Counted from the first letter of the stretch, positions 47,085-60,721 are shown. The stretch is DNA of 64,000 nucleotides from the human T2T-CHM13v2.0 reference genome, Homo sapiens (GCF_009914755.1 NC_060930.1); one strand, 5' to 3'. Notes: a model not told the origin generated them from the sequence alone. Translations and numbers: made by a program.

Positions 47085-47972
47085 AAAGTATACTTAGAGC
47101 ACATAAAAAGATGTTTGATATCAATAGGTATGAGGGAAGTCCAAATTAAAACCACTATAAACTATATACAACTGCACACCCATTAAAATGGCCAAATAAA
47201 AAGTTCTTGCAATATACACATTTACCGACAATACAAACATACATACTAACTAGTCATACATTATTATTAGCAATAGAAAATGCTACAGCCTCTCTGAAAA
47301 TCACTTTTTGCCATTTCTTAGAAAGTTGAACATGCACTACCGTTTGACCCAGCAACCCCATACCTGGGTGAAAATGTATGGTCACACAAAAACTTGTACA
47401 TAAATGTTTACAAGGGTTCTATTCAAAATCCCCAAAACTATAAACAGCCCAAATGTTCTTCAACAGGTGAAGAGATTAAAAAATTAGAGCTGTGCCACAT
47501 TCATACATGGAATACTACTAACCAATTAAAAAGAAATAAATTTTTGATCTATGAAAGAACTTTGTTGAATGTCAATAGTTCTATGTTGAGTGAAACTATG
47601 TATTCTGAAAAGGTTACATACTGCATGAGTCCACATATACTAATTAGCATATTAGAAAATAAAACTCCATAAGGGAGGGCGAAGAAAAGGACTGCTGGGG
47701 AGCTATAAACTGATCGATTCCCAGAGCTCAAACAGGGGTAGAAAACATTTAGATTGAACTTATGTATCATTTTCAAAATATGAGAAGAGATTCATTGTTA
47801 TCAGGGGTTAAAGTTTGTGGAAGAGTATCCATACAAATCAGAGGGGAGCTTTTTGGAGTAATGAAACTGTCTATCTTGATTGTGATGGTAGATACAAGAA
47901 TCTAAGCATGTAATAAAATCAAAGAATTGTGCAAACCAAAATAACCAATTTTACTGTGTGATAATTTTAAAA
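47085..47972 (+). mobile_element. L1ME 3' end
   Basis: YKQPKCSSTGE remnant; TATCTTGATTGTGATGG...CAATTTTACTGT tail. Confidence 0.7.
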
Positions 47973-47974
47973 CA

Positions 47975-48554
47975 TACATATGACTGGTACAGGTTTTGAT
48001 TTTCTACTGTGAGCAGTTAGAAACTATAAAATATGTAAAAGAACTCTTGTCAGACATTGGACAAGATGCAGCAAAGAACTGTGATCCATAAGGAAGAAAA
48101 ACAAATCAGAGGAGTTCTACAATATCTTGGAGGGACTTCCAGAAAATTAGACACTGAAGGAGAAAGATGAGCGAACTCGACAGAGGAATAGAAAATATCT
48201 AAACTGCAACACATGGAGAAAAATTACTCCCAAAAAATAAGACAAGAAGGAGGAGGAAGAGAATAAGATGAGGGTTGAGGAGGGGAGAAGGAGAATAAGA
48301 AAAAGTTGAATGGAAACGAAAAAATAAGAAAAAGAACAAGAAGAAGGAGAAAGAGAAGGAGGGGGAGGAGGAGTTTGGAGACTCAGAAACTATGGACAAA
48401 ATATTAAGTAGTTTAGCATAGGTGTCATAAAAAACCCAATGGAAAAAAAGAGAAAGAAGACGGCTAGGAAAATATTTAAATAATTATTGGGGAAAATGTT
48501 CTAATTTGAAGAATATTATAAAATTACAGATCCAAAATATTCAGTGAAACCTCA
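47975..48554 (+). mobile_element. Old L1M 5'/ORF1 fragment with a GA-rich tract (48240-48380)
   Basis: TCAGACATTGGACAA; AAAATATTTAAATAATTATTGG...TACAGATCCAA. Confidence 0.5.
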
Positions 48555-48877
48555 CGATATGGTTTGGCTCTGTCCCCACCCAAATCTTATCTTGAACTGA
48601 ACCCCCTTAATTCCTATGTGTGTGGGAGAGACCCAGTGGGAGATAATTGAATCATGGGGGGCGGTTTGCCCCATACTGTTTACGTGGTAATAAGTCTCAT
48701 GCGATCTGATGGTTTTATGAGGGGAAACTCCTTTCACTTGGTTCTCATTCTCTCTTCTCTGCCGCCATGTAAGACTTGCCTTTAGCCTTTTGCCATGATT
48801 GTGAGGCCTCCCCAGCCATGTGGAACTGTGAGTCCATTAAGCTGCTTTTTCTTTATAAATTACCCAGTCTTGGGTAT
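48555..48877 (+). mobile_element. THE1 (B/C-like) MaLR LTR, 3' end missing
   Basis: GATATGGTTTGGCTCTGTCCCCACCCAAATCT ... GAGGCCTCCCCAGCCATGTGGAACTGTGAGTC. Confidence 0.9.
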
Positions 48878-49028
48878 CCCAGGCACTGTGGCACACACAG
48901 TAGCTGTAGTCCCAGTTACTCCAAAAACTGAGCTGAGAGGGTTGCTTGAGCCCAGGAGTTGAAGTTCAGACTGGGCAACCTAATGAGACTCCATCTCTTA
49001 AAAAATTAATTAATTAATTAAAAAAAAA
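48878..49028 (+). mobile_element. FLAM-type Alu monomer
   Basis: TGTAGTCCCAG...GCTTGAGCCCAGGAGTT...CTGGGCAAC...A-rich tail. Confidence 0.75.
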
Positions 49029-49071
49029 CTTCTATACTTCTATGCTGCCTAAAAGAAAGTCAATTTAATGC

Positions 49072-52000
49072 CTGTTTTGAAATTTTGATTTTTGTGGGTA
49101 CAAAATAGGTGTATATATTTATGGGTTACATAAGATATTTTGATAAAGTAGCTCTATTTTAAGTTTTTGAGGAACCTCCAAACTGTTCTCCAGAGTGGTT
49201 GTGCTAATTTACATTCCCATCAACAGTGTACAGGTGTTCCCTCTTTTCCACATCCTTGCCAGCATTCCTTATTGCCTGTCATTTGGATAAAAGACATTTT
49301 AATAATAGCTCATTGTAGGTTTGATTTGCATTTCTCTGATGATCAGTGACGTTAAGCTTTTTCTAAACCTTTTTTCCATTTGCACATCTTCTTTTGAAGA
49401 CTATCTATTCAGCTCTTTTACCCATCTTTTAATTGGATTGTTGGGTTTTTTTTTTTCCTATAGAGTTGTTTGAGCTCCTTACATGTTCTGTTTATTAATC
49501 TCTTGTTAGATAGGTAGTTTGCAAATATTTTCTCTCATTCTGTGGGTTGTCTCTTCACTTTGTTGATTATTTCCTTTGTTGTGCAGAAGCTTTTAACTTG
49601 ATGTGATCCCAGTTTTCAACTTTTGCTTTGGTTGCCTGTGTTTGTGGGGTATTATTCAAGAAATCATTGCCCAGACCAATGTCCTAAAGGGTTTCCCCTA
49701 TGTTTTCTTTTCACAGTTTGAGGTCTTAGATTTAAGTCTTTAACCCATTTTGATTTGATTTTTGTATATTTTGCAAAAGATAGGGGTCCAGTTTTATTCT
49801 TCTGCATATGAATATCCAGTTTTCCCAGCACATATTTATTGAGGACTATCCTTTCCCTAATGTATGTTCTTAGACTCTTTGTCAAGAATGAGTTCACTAT
49901 AGTTGTATAAATTTATTTCTAAGTTCTCTGTTCTGTTTTATTGGTCTGTGTGTTTGTTTTTAGGCCAGCACCATGCTATTTTGGTTACTATAGCTCTGAG
50001 GTGTAATTTGAACTCAGGTAATGTGAATCTTCAGGTTTTGTTCTTTTTGCTGAAGACAGTTTTGGTTACTCTGGATATTTTGTGTTTCCATATAAATTTT
50101 GGCCTTGTTTATTTCTATTTCTGTGAAGAATGTTATTGGTAATTTAATAGAAATTGCATTGAATTGTAGATTGCTTTGGACAGTATATACATTTTAACAA
50201 TAATGATTCTTCCAATTCATGAACACTGGTATCTTTTGGTTTTTTGCATCAATGTTTTATAATTTTTATCACAGAGATCTTTCACTTATTTCATTAATTC
50301 TTAAAGATTTGATTTTATTTGTAGCTACTGTAAATGGGATTACTTTCTTGCTTTCTTCTATAGATTGTTGGCTGTTGGCATATAGAAATTTTACTAATTT
50401 TTTAGAGTTGATTTTATATCCTGCAACTTTACTGAATTTATTAGTTCTAATAGTTTTCTTGTGGGGTCTTTAGGTTTTCCCAAGTTAAGCTCATATCATC
50501 TGCAAACATGGACAATTTGACTTCTTCCTTTACAATCTGGATGCCCTTTATATCTTCCTCTTGTCTGATTGCTCTAGCTAGGACTTCCAGTACTATGTTG
50601 AAATAACAGTGGTGAAAGTGGACATCCTTGTCATGCTCCAGATTTTAGAGGAAAGGCTTTCAAATTCTCCCCTTTCAATTTGGTACTAGCTATAGATCTG
50701 TCATACATGGTTTTTATTATGTTGAGTTATGCTCCTTTCATAAACAATTTTTTAAGAGTTTATGAATTCAACATCATGAAGAGATGTTGAATTTTATCAA
50801 GATTTTCAGCATCAATTGAAGTGATCAGGTATTTTTTGTCCTTCCTTCTGTTGATGTGATGTATCACATTGATTGATTTGTGTATGTTGAACCTTTCTTG
50901 CATCACTGGAATAAATCCCACTTGGTCCTGATGAATGATCTTTTTAATATGTTGTTGAATTTGGTTTTCCAGTATTTTGTTAAAGATTTTTCATCAATAT
51001 TCATCAAAGATATTTGCCTGTAGTTTTATTGATGTGTCTTTGGTTTTGGTATCAGGGTAAATCTGGCCTCTTAGAACAAGTTTGGAAGTGCTTCCTTGTT
51101 CTATATTGTTTAGACTAGTTTGAGTAAGATTCGTATTAGTTCTTTAAATGTTCAGTGGAAATCAGCAGTGAAGTCATTAGGTCCTGGGATTTTCTCTGCT
51201 AAGAGATATTGTATTATGAGTTCGATCTTGTTAATTATTATTGGTCTGTTCAAGTTTTCGATTTTTTCATGGTTCAATCCTGGTAGGTTGTTTGTGCCTA
51301 AAAATTTACCCATTTCTTTTAGATTTTCCAATTTATTGGTGTATAGTCACTCATAGTAGCCACTAATGATCCTTTAAATTCCTAAAGTATCAGTTGTAAG
51401 GTCTCCTCCTTCATCTCTGATGTTATTTTGGGGGGTCTTCTATCTTTTTTATTTTTTCAATATGGCAAAAGATTTGTCAATTTTATCTTTTGAAAACACT
51501 TTTTATTTCATTGGTCTTTTATATTGTTTTCTTCTTCTCAATTTTATCCATCTCTACGCTGATCTTTATTATTTATTTTTTTCTACTGATCCTGGGTTTG
51601 GTTTCACTTGCTTTTCTAGTCCTTTCAGTTGCATCATTCAGTTTATTTGAAAGTTTTCTTCTTTTTTAATGTAGATGCTTATAGCTATAAACTCCCATCT
51701 TGCTACTGCCTTCACTGTATCCCATAGGTTTTGGTATGTCATGTTTCCATTATCATTTGTTTCAAGACTATTTTAAATTTTCTTCCTAATTTCTTCATTG
51801 AATGGTCATCTTTTGAAAATGATCCATATGCTGAGGAGAGGAATGTGTATTCTGTAGCTGTTGGCTAAAATGTTCTGTTATATATATTAGATCCATTTGG
51901 TCTATAGTGCACATTAAAAGTCTGATGTTTCTTTGTTGATTTTCTGTCTGGAAGATCTATCCACTGAAAGTGAGATGTTGAAGTCATTTTGTATGATATA

Positions 52001-55000
52001 AGTATGGATGCTTCTGCTGTTTCCTGGCTTCCATTGGCATAGAAGATCTTTTTCCATCCCTTTATTTTCAGTCTTTTGGTGTCTTTATAAGTGATGTGTG
52101 TTTCTTGTAGGTCTCGGATCATTGGGTCCCATTCTTTATATCCATTCAGCGACTTTATGTCTTTTTATTGGAGAGTTTAGTTCCTCTACATTCCATGTGA
52201 TTATTTATAAGTAGGAATTTACTCTGCCATTTTGTTATTTTTTTCTAGTATTCTCATGATTGTGTCTTCCTTTTTTTCTTCCTTTCTGTCCTTTCACTGA
52301 AGGTAATTTTCTATGGTGGTATGATTTAATTTCTTTTTATTTTTTGTGTATCCATTGTATGTTTTGATATGAGGTTACTATTACACTTGCAAATAATACC
52401 TTACAACCCATTATTTTATGCTGATAACAACTTAATGCTTGCATAAACAAACTAACAAGGAAAAAGAAAACTAATAGAAACTCTACAGTTTATCTCCCCA
52501 CTTTTTAACTTTTTATTATTTCTATTTATATCTTACCTTACTGACTATGCCTTTAAAAGTTGTAGCTATTAGTTTTTATTGGTTCATTGTTTAGTCTTTC
52601 TACTTAGAGTAAAAGTAGTTCACCCACCATAGTTACAGTGTTGTAATAGTTTGTGTTTTTCTGTGTACTCACTATTGCCAGTGAATTTTGCACAGTCAGA
52701 TGATTTTTTATTGCTCATTAGGATCCTTTTCTCTCTGATTTGAAATATTCCCTTTAGCATTTCTTGTAGAATAGACCCGGTGTTAATGAAATCTCTTAGA
52801 TTTTGTTTGTCTGGGAAAGTCTTTATTTCTCCTTCATGTTTGAAAGATATTTTCACCAGATATACTATTGTAAAGTAAAAGTTATTTTCCTTCAGCACTT
52901 TAAAATATGTCATGCCACTCTCCCCTGAGCTGTAAAGTTTCCACTGAAAAGTCTGCTGCCAAATGTATTAGTACTTTATTGTATGGTATTTGTTTCTTTT
53001 CTCTTGCTGGTTTTAGAATCCTTTCTTTATACTTAATTTTTGGGAGTTTGATATTAAGGGTCTTGAGTTAGACTTCCTTGGGATAAATCTACTTGGTGTT
53101 CTATATCTGTATCTACATATTCTTGTACTTGGATATTGATGTCTTGTCTAGGTTTGGGAAGTTTTCTGTTGTTATCCCTTTGAATAAACTTAGGTAGAAA
53201 GTTTATTTTCTACCTATCTCTTTCTCTTCCTCCTCTTTAAGGGCAATAACCCCTGGATTTGCCCTTTTCAGACTGTTTTCTAGATCCCGTAGGCATACTT
53301 TTTTATTCTTTTTTCTTTTGTCTCCTTTGACTGTGTATTTTCAAATAGCCTGCCTTCAAGCTCAGTAATTCTTTCTTCTGCTTGATCCATTCTACTATTA
53401 GAAGATTCTAATTCATTCTTCAGAATGCCAGTTGTATTTTCCAGCTCTAGAATTCCACTTGATTCCTTATAATTATTTTAATCTTTTTGTTAAATTTAAA
53501 TGCCAGAATTCTGAATTCCTTTTCTGTGTTATCTTGAATTGTTTTGAGCTTCCTCAATACAGCTATTTGGAAATATCTGTCTGAAAGGTCACACATTTCT
53601 GTTTCTCCAGAATTTTTCCCTGATGCCTTCTTTAGTTCATTTGGTGAGGTCAAGTTTTCCTAGATGGTGTTGATGTTAGTGAATGATCTTCAGTGTCTGG
53701 GTAGGGAAGGGTTAGGTATTTATTGTCATCTTCACTGTCTGGGCTTATATGTAGCTGTCATTCTTGGGAAGGCTTTCCAGATATTTGAAAGGACTTGGGT
53801 GTTGTGATCTAGATGATTCCTGCTTTAGAGAGCACCCCAATTCCAGGAGCAATGTAGTTCTTGCAGACCCATAGAGGTACTACTTTAATGGTCCTGGACA
53901 AGATCTGGGAGAATTCTCTGGATTACCAAGTAGAGACTCTTATTCTCTTCCCTTACTTTGTCCCAAATATAGAGAGTCTCTCTCTCTCTCTTTCTTTTTC
54001 TGCCTTGAGACACCCAAAGCTGGGGTTGGAGTGACACAAGCACCCCTGTGGCCACCACCACTGTCACTGTGCTACGTTAGACCTTAAGCCAGCACAGCAC
54101 TAAGTCTTGACCAAGGCCTACTGTAACTACACCCTGGCTACTGCCTATGTTCATTCAAAGCCCTAGGGCCCTACAATCAGCAGGAGGCAAAACTAGCCAA
54201 GCCTATGTTCTTGCCTTCATGGTGGCAAGGTCCCTCAGGCCCCAGGTAAGTTCAGAAGTGCCACCTGGGAGTCAGGGATTAGATTCAAAAACCTTATAAT
54301 TCTAACTGGTGTTCCATTGTATTGAGGCTGAGCTGGCACTCACACCACAAGTTGCAGCTCTTCCCACTCTTTCTTCCCCTTTCTAAAGGCAAAGGAGCCT
54401 CAGTTGGTGGTCACTGCCACCCCTGGCCACAAGGAGTACTGCTAGACTACCACCCATGTTCCCTTAAGGCCCAGTATCTCTTAAGTCAGCTTGTGGTGAA
54501 TACTGGCTGGCCTGGGACTCACCCTTCAGAGCGATGGGCTCTACTCTGGCCCAGGGAAGGTCCAGAAATGCCATCCAAGAGTCAAGTCCTAGAATCAGGT
54601 AGCCAAGAGCCTGCTTGGTTCTCTACTCCTCTGTGGAGGAGTTGGTACCTAAGGTGCAAGACAAAGTCCACTTTATTTTTCCCTCTGCTTTTCTCAAGCA
54701 GAAGGGGTTTTGCCCTGCAGCCAGCACAGCTATTAATTTGCCTAGTCTCACATGAAGCCAGAGAGTCTCAGAAGCTGACCAAGGCCCTCGATATAGTACC
54801 TACATATTGCTGCTGATTATTCAGGGCCCAAGGGGTCTTTACCTCTAGCCGGTGATGAATGCTGGCAGAACTGGATTCTTTCCTTCAAGGCAGCAAATCC
54901 CATTTGCCCCAGGGTGTGTCTAGAAATGTCATCTTGGAGCTAGGCCCTAGAATGGGGGCCTCGTGAATCTGATCAGTGCCCTATTCTACTGTGGCTGAGC

Positions 55001-55738
55001 TTGTTTCCAAGATACAAGACAAAGTCTTCCCCACTCTTCTGCCTCTCCTTAAGCAGAAGGAAGGGGTCTCTTTTTGAGCCGTGAGCTGTGAAGTCCAGGG
55101 TTATGGAAGGGTAGATGCCAGCATTCCCTTGGCTGCCCCAGCTGCTGTCTCAGTATGTTGCATCCCCCTGCCACCCAGCCCACTGTATCTGGGCTTAGTT
55201 CAGCCCTAGGGATTGCCTAAGCATAGTGGTCCTATGGCCTACACTGCCTTTCAAGTTTACTTAGATACCAAAAGTACTTTGGCCCTCAGTGGTGAGGTGT
55301 GTGGGCACCCAAGTTCAGACTGCTGGGATCAGTAATTTCCCTCTGGCTAGGACTGGTTTAAATGCTCCCTCTGTGGGTTGGTGTCCATTGAGTTTGGTAT
55401 GGGTTTCCTTTCTGTTCTAACAGGACAGCATTGCATTCAATGCTCAAAATTCCTGTGTTCATCTTCCCCCAACACCCAGAGTACTCTCCGCACCATGTCA
55501 CCACTGCTAAGAGTGAGGAAAGGTTGTGTCTGTGATTCAGGACTTCTTTTTTTTTTTTTTTTTGTATTTCTTCAGTGTCTCTTTCAGTAACATGAAGTTA
55601 AAACCAGGTACGAGTGCTCAACTATTTTTGGTTCTTATAAAGCTGATTTTTCTGTGTAGATAGCTGTTAACTTGGTGTCCTTGTGGGGAGGACGATCAGT
55701 GGAGTTTTTTATTCTGCCCTCTTGTTTTTGCCTCTTGT
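49072..55738 (-). mobile_element. Near full-length L1MA (MA1-3-like) with internal deletions
   Basis: 3' terminus TTTTTGTGGGTACA...; antisense ORF2; ORF1 remnants (52620-52913 KISFKHEGEIKTFPDKQNLRDF; 53447-53653 MTSPNEL); repeat-containing 5' UTR at about 53660-55738. Confidence 0.85.
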
Positions 55739-55739
55739 C

Positions 55740-57640
55740 CTCTTTGTTAAATCTATCTGATAGAATTCTGAATTCCTTGTCTGTGTAGGATTGGTCTCTG
55801 GTGCCTTATTTAGTTCATTTGGTGAGGTCATGATTTCCTAGATGGTCTTGATGCTTGTGGATATTTGTCAGTTTCTGGGCATTAAAGAGTTAGGTATTTA
55901 TTATAGTCTTTGCAGTCATTGCACCCTGGTGGCCACCACCACTTGGACTTTGTTGGGTTAGAACTGAAGCCAGCACAGCACTGGGTCTTACCTAAAGCCC
56001 ACGGTAACCACTACCTGGTAACTGCCAATGTTTTCTCAAGGACTTGCAATGAGCAGGTGGCAAAGACAGCCATGCTTGTGTCTTTCCCTTAAGTGTGGCA
56101 AGTTCCTCCAGGTACCTGGTGGGTCTAGAGATGCTATCCAGGAGCTAGGGACAGGAATCAGAAACCTTATACGTCTATCCGTTACTCTTATCTACTGTGG
56201 CTGAGCTGGCTTTCAAACCATGAGACACAGTACTTCGTACTCTTGCCTCCCATTTCCACAGGCAGGGGAGCTTCAACCTATGGTCACTACCAGCGTAATA
56301 AGCCCATGGAGAATACAGACAGGTCACCACTAATGGTCAGTTAAGGTCCAAGGGCTCTTCAGTCAACTTGTGACAAAGGTTGCTGGGCCTTTTACTTGCC
56401 CTTCAGGGTAGTGGGCCCCCCACTGGCTCAGAGCAGGTCCAGAAATACCATCCAAGAGCCAAAGCCCAGAATTGCAACCCCAAGAGTCTGCTTGATACCC
56501 TACCCCACTGTGGCTGAGCTGGTACCTAAGATGCAAGACAAACTCCCTTTTTATTTTCCCTCTGCTTTTCTGAAGCAGAAGGAGTCTCACCATAGCCACC
56601 ATAGCTAGGAAAGTGCTGGGTCTCACCTGAAGCCAGGACATCTCAGAGTCTCACCCAAGACCATGTCATACTACCTGGATATCGCTGCTGGTTTCTCAAG
56701 GCCCAAGGGCTTTTCAAGCAGCAGGCAATAGGTTATTCAAGGATTGCATTATTTCCTTCAAGACAGTCGATTCCTTTCTGTCACCAGGCATTTTTAGAAA
56801 TGTCATCTGGGAGGTAGGGCAAGGAATGGGGGTCTCTTGATTCTAACTGATGCCCTATCCTGCTGTGGCTGAGCTGGTATCCAAGATGCAAAAGAAAAGT
56901 CCTCTTTACTCTTCCCTCTTCTCTCCTCAAGGGGATGGAGGTGGTCTCTTTTGGAGCCACAAGCTGTGTTGCCTGGGGTTGTGGGGAGGAAGTGACACAA
57001 GCACAATAGTGGCACCCATTATTAAGGTATCTTAGTTAAGTCATGTGACCCTCCAAGTCCACTGGCTCTGAGCCCAACTTAGTACTAGGACTGATAGTCC
57101 TTGTGGCCTCAGCTGTCTTTCAAGTTTATTTAGGGTCCCAGAGAATTTTATCATATGGTGGTGAGGCTTGCTGGAACTCAAGTTCTGACCACTGGGATGG
57201 GCGATTCCTCTCTATGTAGGATTGGTCTGAATATTTCCTCCATGGGCAAGCATCAGCTAAGTTTAGCCTGGTTTTTCTTTCCACTGTGACAGAGCAGCAG
57301 TGAATTTAATGTGAAATCTTAAAATTGCTATGCTTTCCCTCTTCTAAGTACAGATTTCTCCATGCCACATGGCCAATGTGGGCATGACTAGTGGGAGGGG
57401 GACGAGGGAAGGGTGGCAGCAGCAATTCAGGACTGTCTTTTGCACTCTCTTCAGTACCTCTCTCAGTGATATGACGTTAAAACCTGGTACCATGAGTGCT
57501 CACTGATTTTTCATTTTTACAATGATGCTTTTTAGATAGATAGATAGTTAGATAGATAGATAGATAGATAGTTGTTGAATTTGGTGTCCCCGCAGGGGGA
57601 AATGTTTAGTGGGGCCTTCTATTCTGCATCTTACTCTACT
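55740..57640 (-). mobile_element. Second related L1MA 5' UTR plus ORF1 start, in tandem with the previous element
   Basis: Repeats TTTAGTTCATTTGGTGAGGTCA (ORF1 start region), the CTGTGGCTGAGCTGG units and the TTGGTGTCC...ATTCTGC terminus. Confidence 0.8.
57533..57571 (+). repeat. (TAGA)n microsatellite, interrupted
   Basis: Direct reading. Confidence 0.95.
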
Positions 57641-57673
57641 TTTTTTCTAAATGTCTTTAACATAAAGAAAAAG

Positions 57674-57972
57674 AGCCCAGGCACGGTGGCTCGTGCCTGT
57701 AATCCCAGCACTCTAGGAGGCCAAGGCAGGCAGATCATGAGGTCGGGCATTTGAGACCAGCCTGCCCAACGTGGTGAAACTCTGTCTCTACTAAAAATAC
57801 AAAAATTAGATGGGTGTGGTGGCAGGTGCCTGTAGTCCCAGCTATTTGGGAGACTGAGGCAGAGAATCACTTGCACCCAGGAGGCGGAAGTTGCAGTGAG
57901 CCGAGATAATGCCACTGCACTCTCCAGCCTGGGTGACAGAGCAAGACTCTGTCAAAAAAAAAAAAAAAAAAA
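57674..57972 (+). mobile_element. Alu (Sg-like)
   Basis: Full dimer; GATCATGAGGTC; poly(A). Confidence 0.92.
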
Positions 57973-59084
57973 GCTAGATTAATAGTGAAATATTTGTGAA
58001 AAATAAATCACATGTCATTTAAATACTAATCATAAAGAGTAAGTGGCATTATTAATATCACACAACATAAGTTTCAAGCAAGGAATATTATTAGGTATAA
58101 TGGAGAACATCAGTCAATCAACATTGAAACATAGTAATCCTAAATGTATATGTACTCTATAACTAAGCTTCAAATACATGAACAAAAAGTTAATTGAACT
58201 TAAAGGAGAAATAAACAAGTGCCACTTTTCTGTCACTAAATGATAGAACAATTAGACAGAAATGTTTAAAAGTAAAAAGACTAACAACACTATCAACCCA
58301 CTTGAACCATTGTATAAAACTCTAATATCTACCAAAAAAAAAGAAAGAAAGAAAAAACTCAGAACTGACAAATGAGTTAATCAGGGTTATTATGTCAAAA
58401 TTAATTTTATTTTTATATCCTAGAAATGACAAAATGAAAACTAAAATTAAAAGAAAAGCATTTACAATAGACTCTGGAAACACAAAATACTTAGAGATAA
58501 ATTTAACAAAATATGCAGAAGATATTAAAAATTGTAGAACATTGCTGAGAGAAAATAAAGATGACCTAAATTAATAAAAATATATGCAGATTTATACACT
58601 GAAACACACAATATTATTAAGGTGTTAACAAAAATTTATGGATTCTGTGCAATGCCAATAAAATATGTCATCGACAAGCTAATACGGAAATTTATAGGAA
58701 AATCCAATGGTGCTGTAATAGATGATAGTACTAAAAGAGTGAAACAAAGTTACTGGATTTATAATAGCTTATAATTAAAAGCCAAGGAAGTCTAGAACTA
58801 GATTTGCACTTCATTCAAAATGGAGAAAATAGGCTGATCTTTTCAACAAATTATGAAATAAGTGTATATTTGTTTTGAAAAGTTAACCTTGACCCTTAGA
58901 GCATAAAAAATATCAAAATAAACCATAGACTAAACAGAAAATGTAAAATTTTACACTTTCCTCAAAAAGATATAGGTAAAAATCTTTGCAACTCAAAAAG
59001 TGAATAGGTAAGCAAATTGCGGCACACCTACATAATGAAATACAACTCAACAACAGAAAGACTGAATTTCTGATACATTTATTA

Positions 59085-59980
59085 AAACAACCTACAGAAT
59101 GAGAGAAAACATTTTCAAACTATGCTTCCAAGAAAAGACTAATATCCAAAGTATATAAGGTATTCGAATAATGCAACAAGGGAAAAACAACACCATTATA
59201 AATTTGGCAAAAGGACACAAATAGACACTTTTCAAAAGAAGACATACAAGAACCCAAAAAACATATGAAAAAATATTCAACATCACTAATCATCAGAAAT
59301 GCAAATTCAAACCACAACAAGATACCATCTTACACCAATCAGAATGGCTATTACTAAAAAGTCAAAAACAACAGATTTTGGCTAGGATGTGGAGGAAAGG
59401 GAATGCTTATACACTGTTGGCGGCAATGTAGATTAGTACAACCTGTATGGGAAACAGTATAGAAATTTCTCAAGAAACTAAAAATAGGACTACCATTCAA
59501 TCCAGCAATCCCACTACTGGGTATTTGCCCAAAACAATGATAAAAGTTGTTTTATAAGAAAGACACCTACACTTATGTGTTTGTCACAGTGCTATTCAGC
59601 ACAGCAAAGCCATGGAATCAACTTAAGTATGTATCAACGAATGATCAATGAATATATATGTGTGTGTGTTTGTGTGTGTGTATTTATATATACATATATA
59701 TAGGTGTGTCTGTAAACTCAGAAACAGAAAGTCAAATCCTGCATGTTCTCACTTATAAGTGGGAGCTAAACAATGGGAACACATGGACATATAAATTGGA
59801 ATAAGAGACATTGAAGACTCAAAAAGGTAGGACGGTGGAAGTGTGATGAGGGTTGAAAAAAATACCTGTTAGGTACAGTGTTCACTATTCAGGTAATGGT
59901 TACACTAAAAATCCAGACTTCATCACTATGCAATATGTCTACATAATAAAAATTGCATTGTATCCTCTTGTATCTCTTTT
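59085..59980 (+). mobile_element. L1PB (PB4-like) 3' end within older L1ME fragments (about 57975-60310)
   Basis: ACAACCTACAGAATGAGAGAAAA; tail CCAGACTTCATCACTATGCAATAT. Confidence 0.75.
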
Positions 59981-60721
59981 TTTAAAGCATACATTTGCAA
60001 AGCACGATGCTGAGGGTAATCAGTTGTACACAAAAGACTACATATTGAATTATTCAACTTACATGAAATTCTATATATACTGATTCCTTAGTAATGGAAA
60101 ACAGACCAGTGGTTGCCAGAGACTAGAGGAAAGGAGAAACAATTAAGTGAGATGGAGTGTAAGAAAACTTTTTGGAATAATAGAAATATTCTATATTCTG
60201 ATTGTGGTATTGTTTACACTGACAAATACATTTGTCAAAATTTAAAACTATATACTAAAAATGGTATATTTTATTTTACATAATTTTTACCTTCATAAAA
60301 AGTTGATTCAAAAGGCTATGGAGATAAAAATGTGATCAACAAAATCAAACTACATAAAATAATACATTTATAAGACATTCTTAATAATTGAAAATAAAAA
60401 TTAAATTGGTATACTCCAGAAAATTATGAATTATCAAAATTGACTGAATGAGGATAAAGTCTGAAGAAAATAGAACCCTATAATGTAATTGAATTAATAA
60501 TAAAAACTTTTCCCCTTCCCAGCCCAAAACACTATGCCCACTTAGTTATAACAATCCTTAAAGAAACATATTATTTTTATTTATGCAAACATTCAGAGTA
60601 GAACAAAGCAATAAAATGTAGCTTATCAGGCCAATAAAAATTTGACACTACAATTAATGTTGAACCAAGCCAATAAAGAAAATAAAATCTTAAATTGTAT
60701 TAACCAATATAGGCTGAACCA

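Noticed and set aside
54322-54816. 164-aa ORF antisense to L1 (ORF0-like idea)
   Set aside because: Non-ATG start in a decayed L1MA UTR repeat; ORF0 is described for L1PA 5' UTRs.
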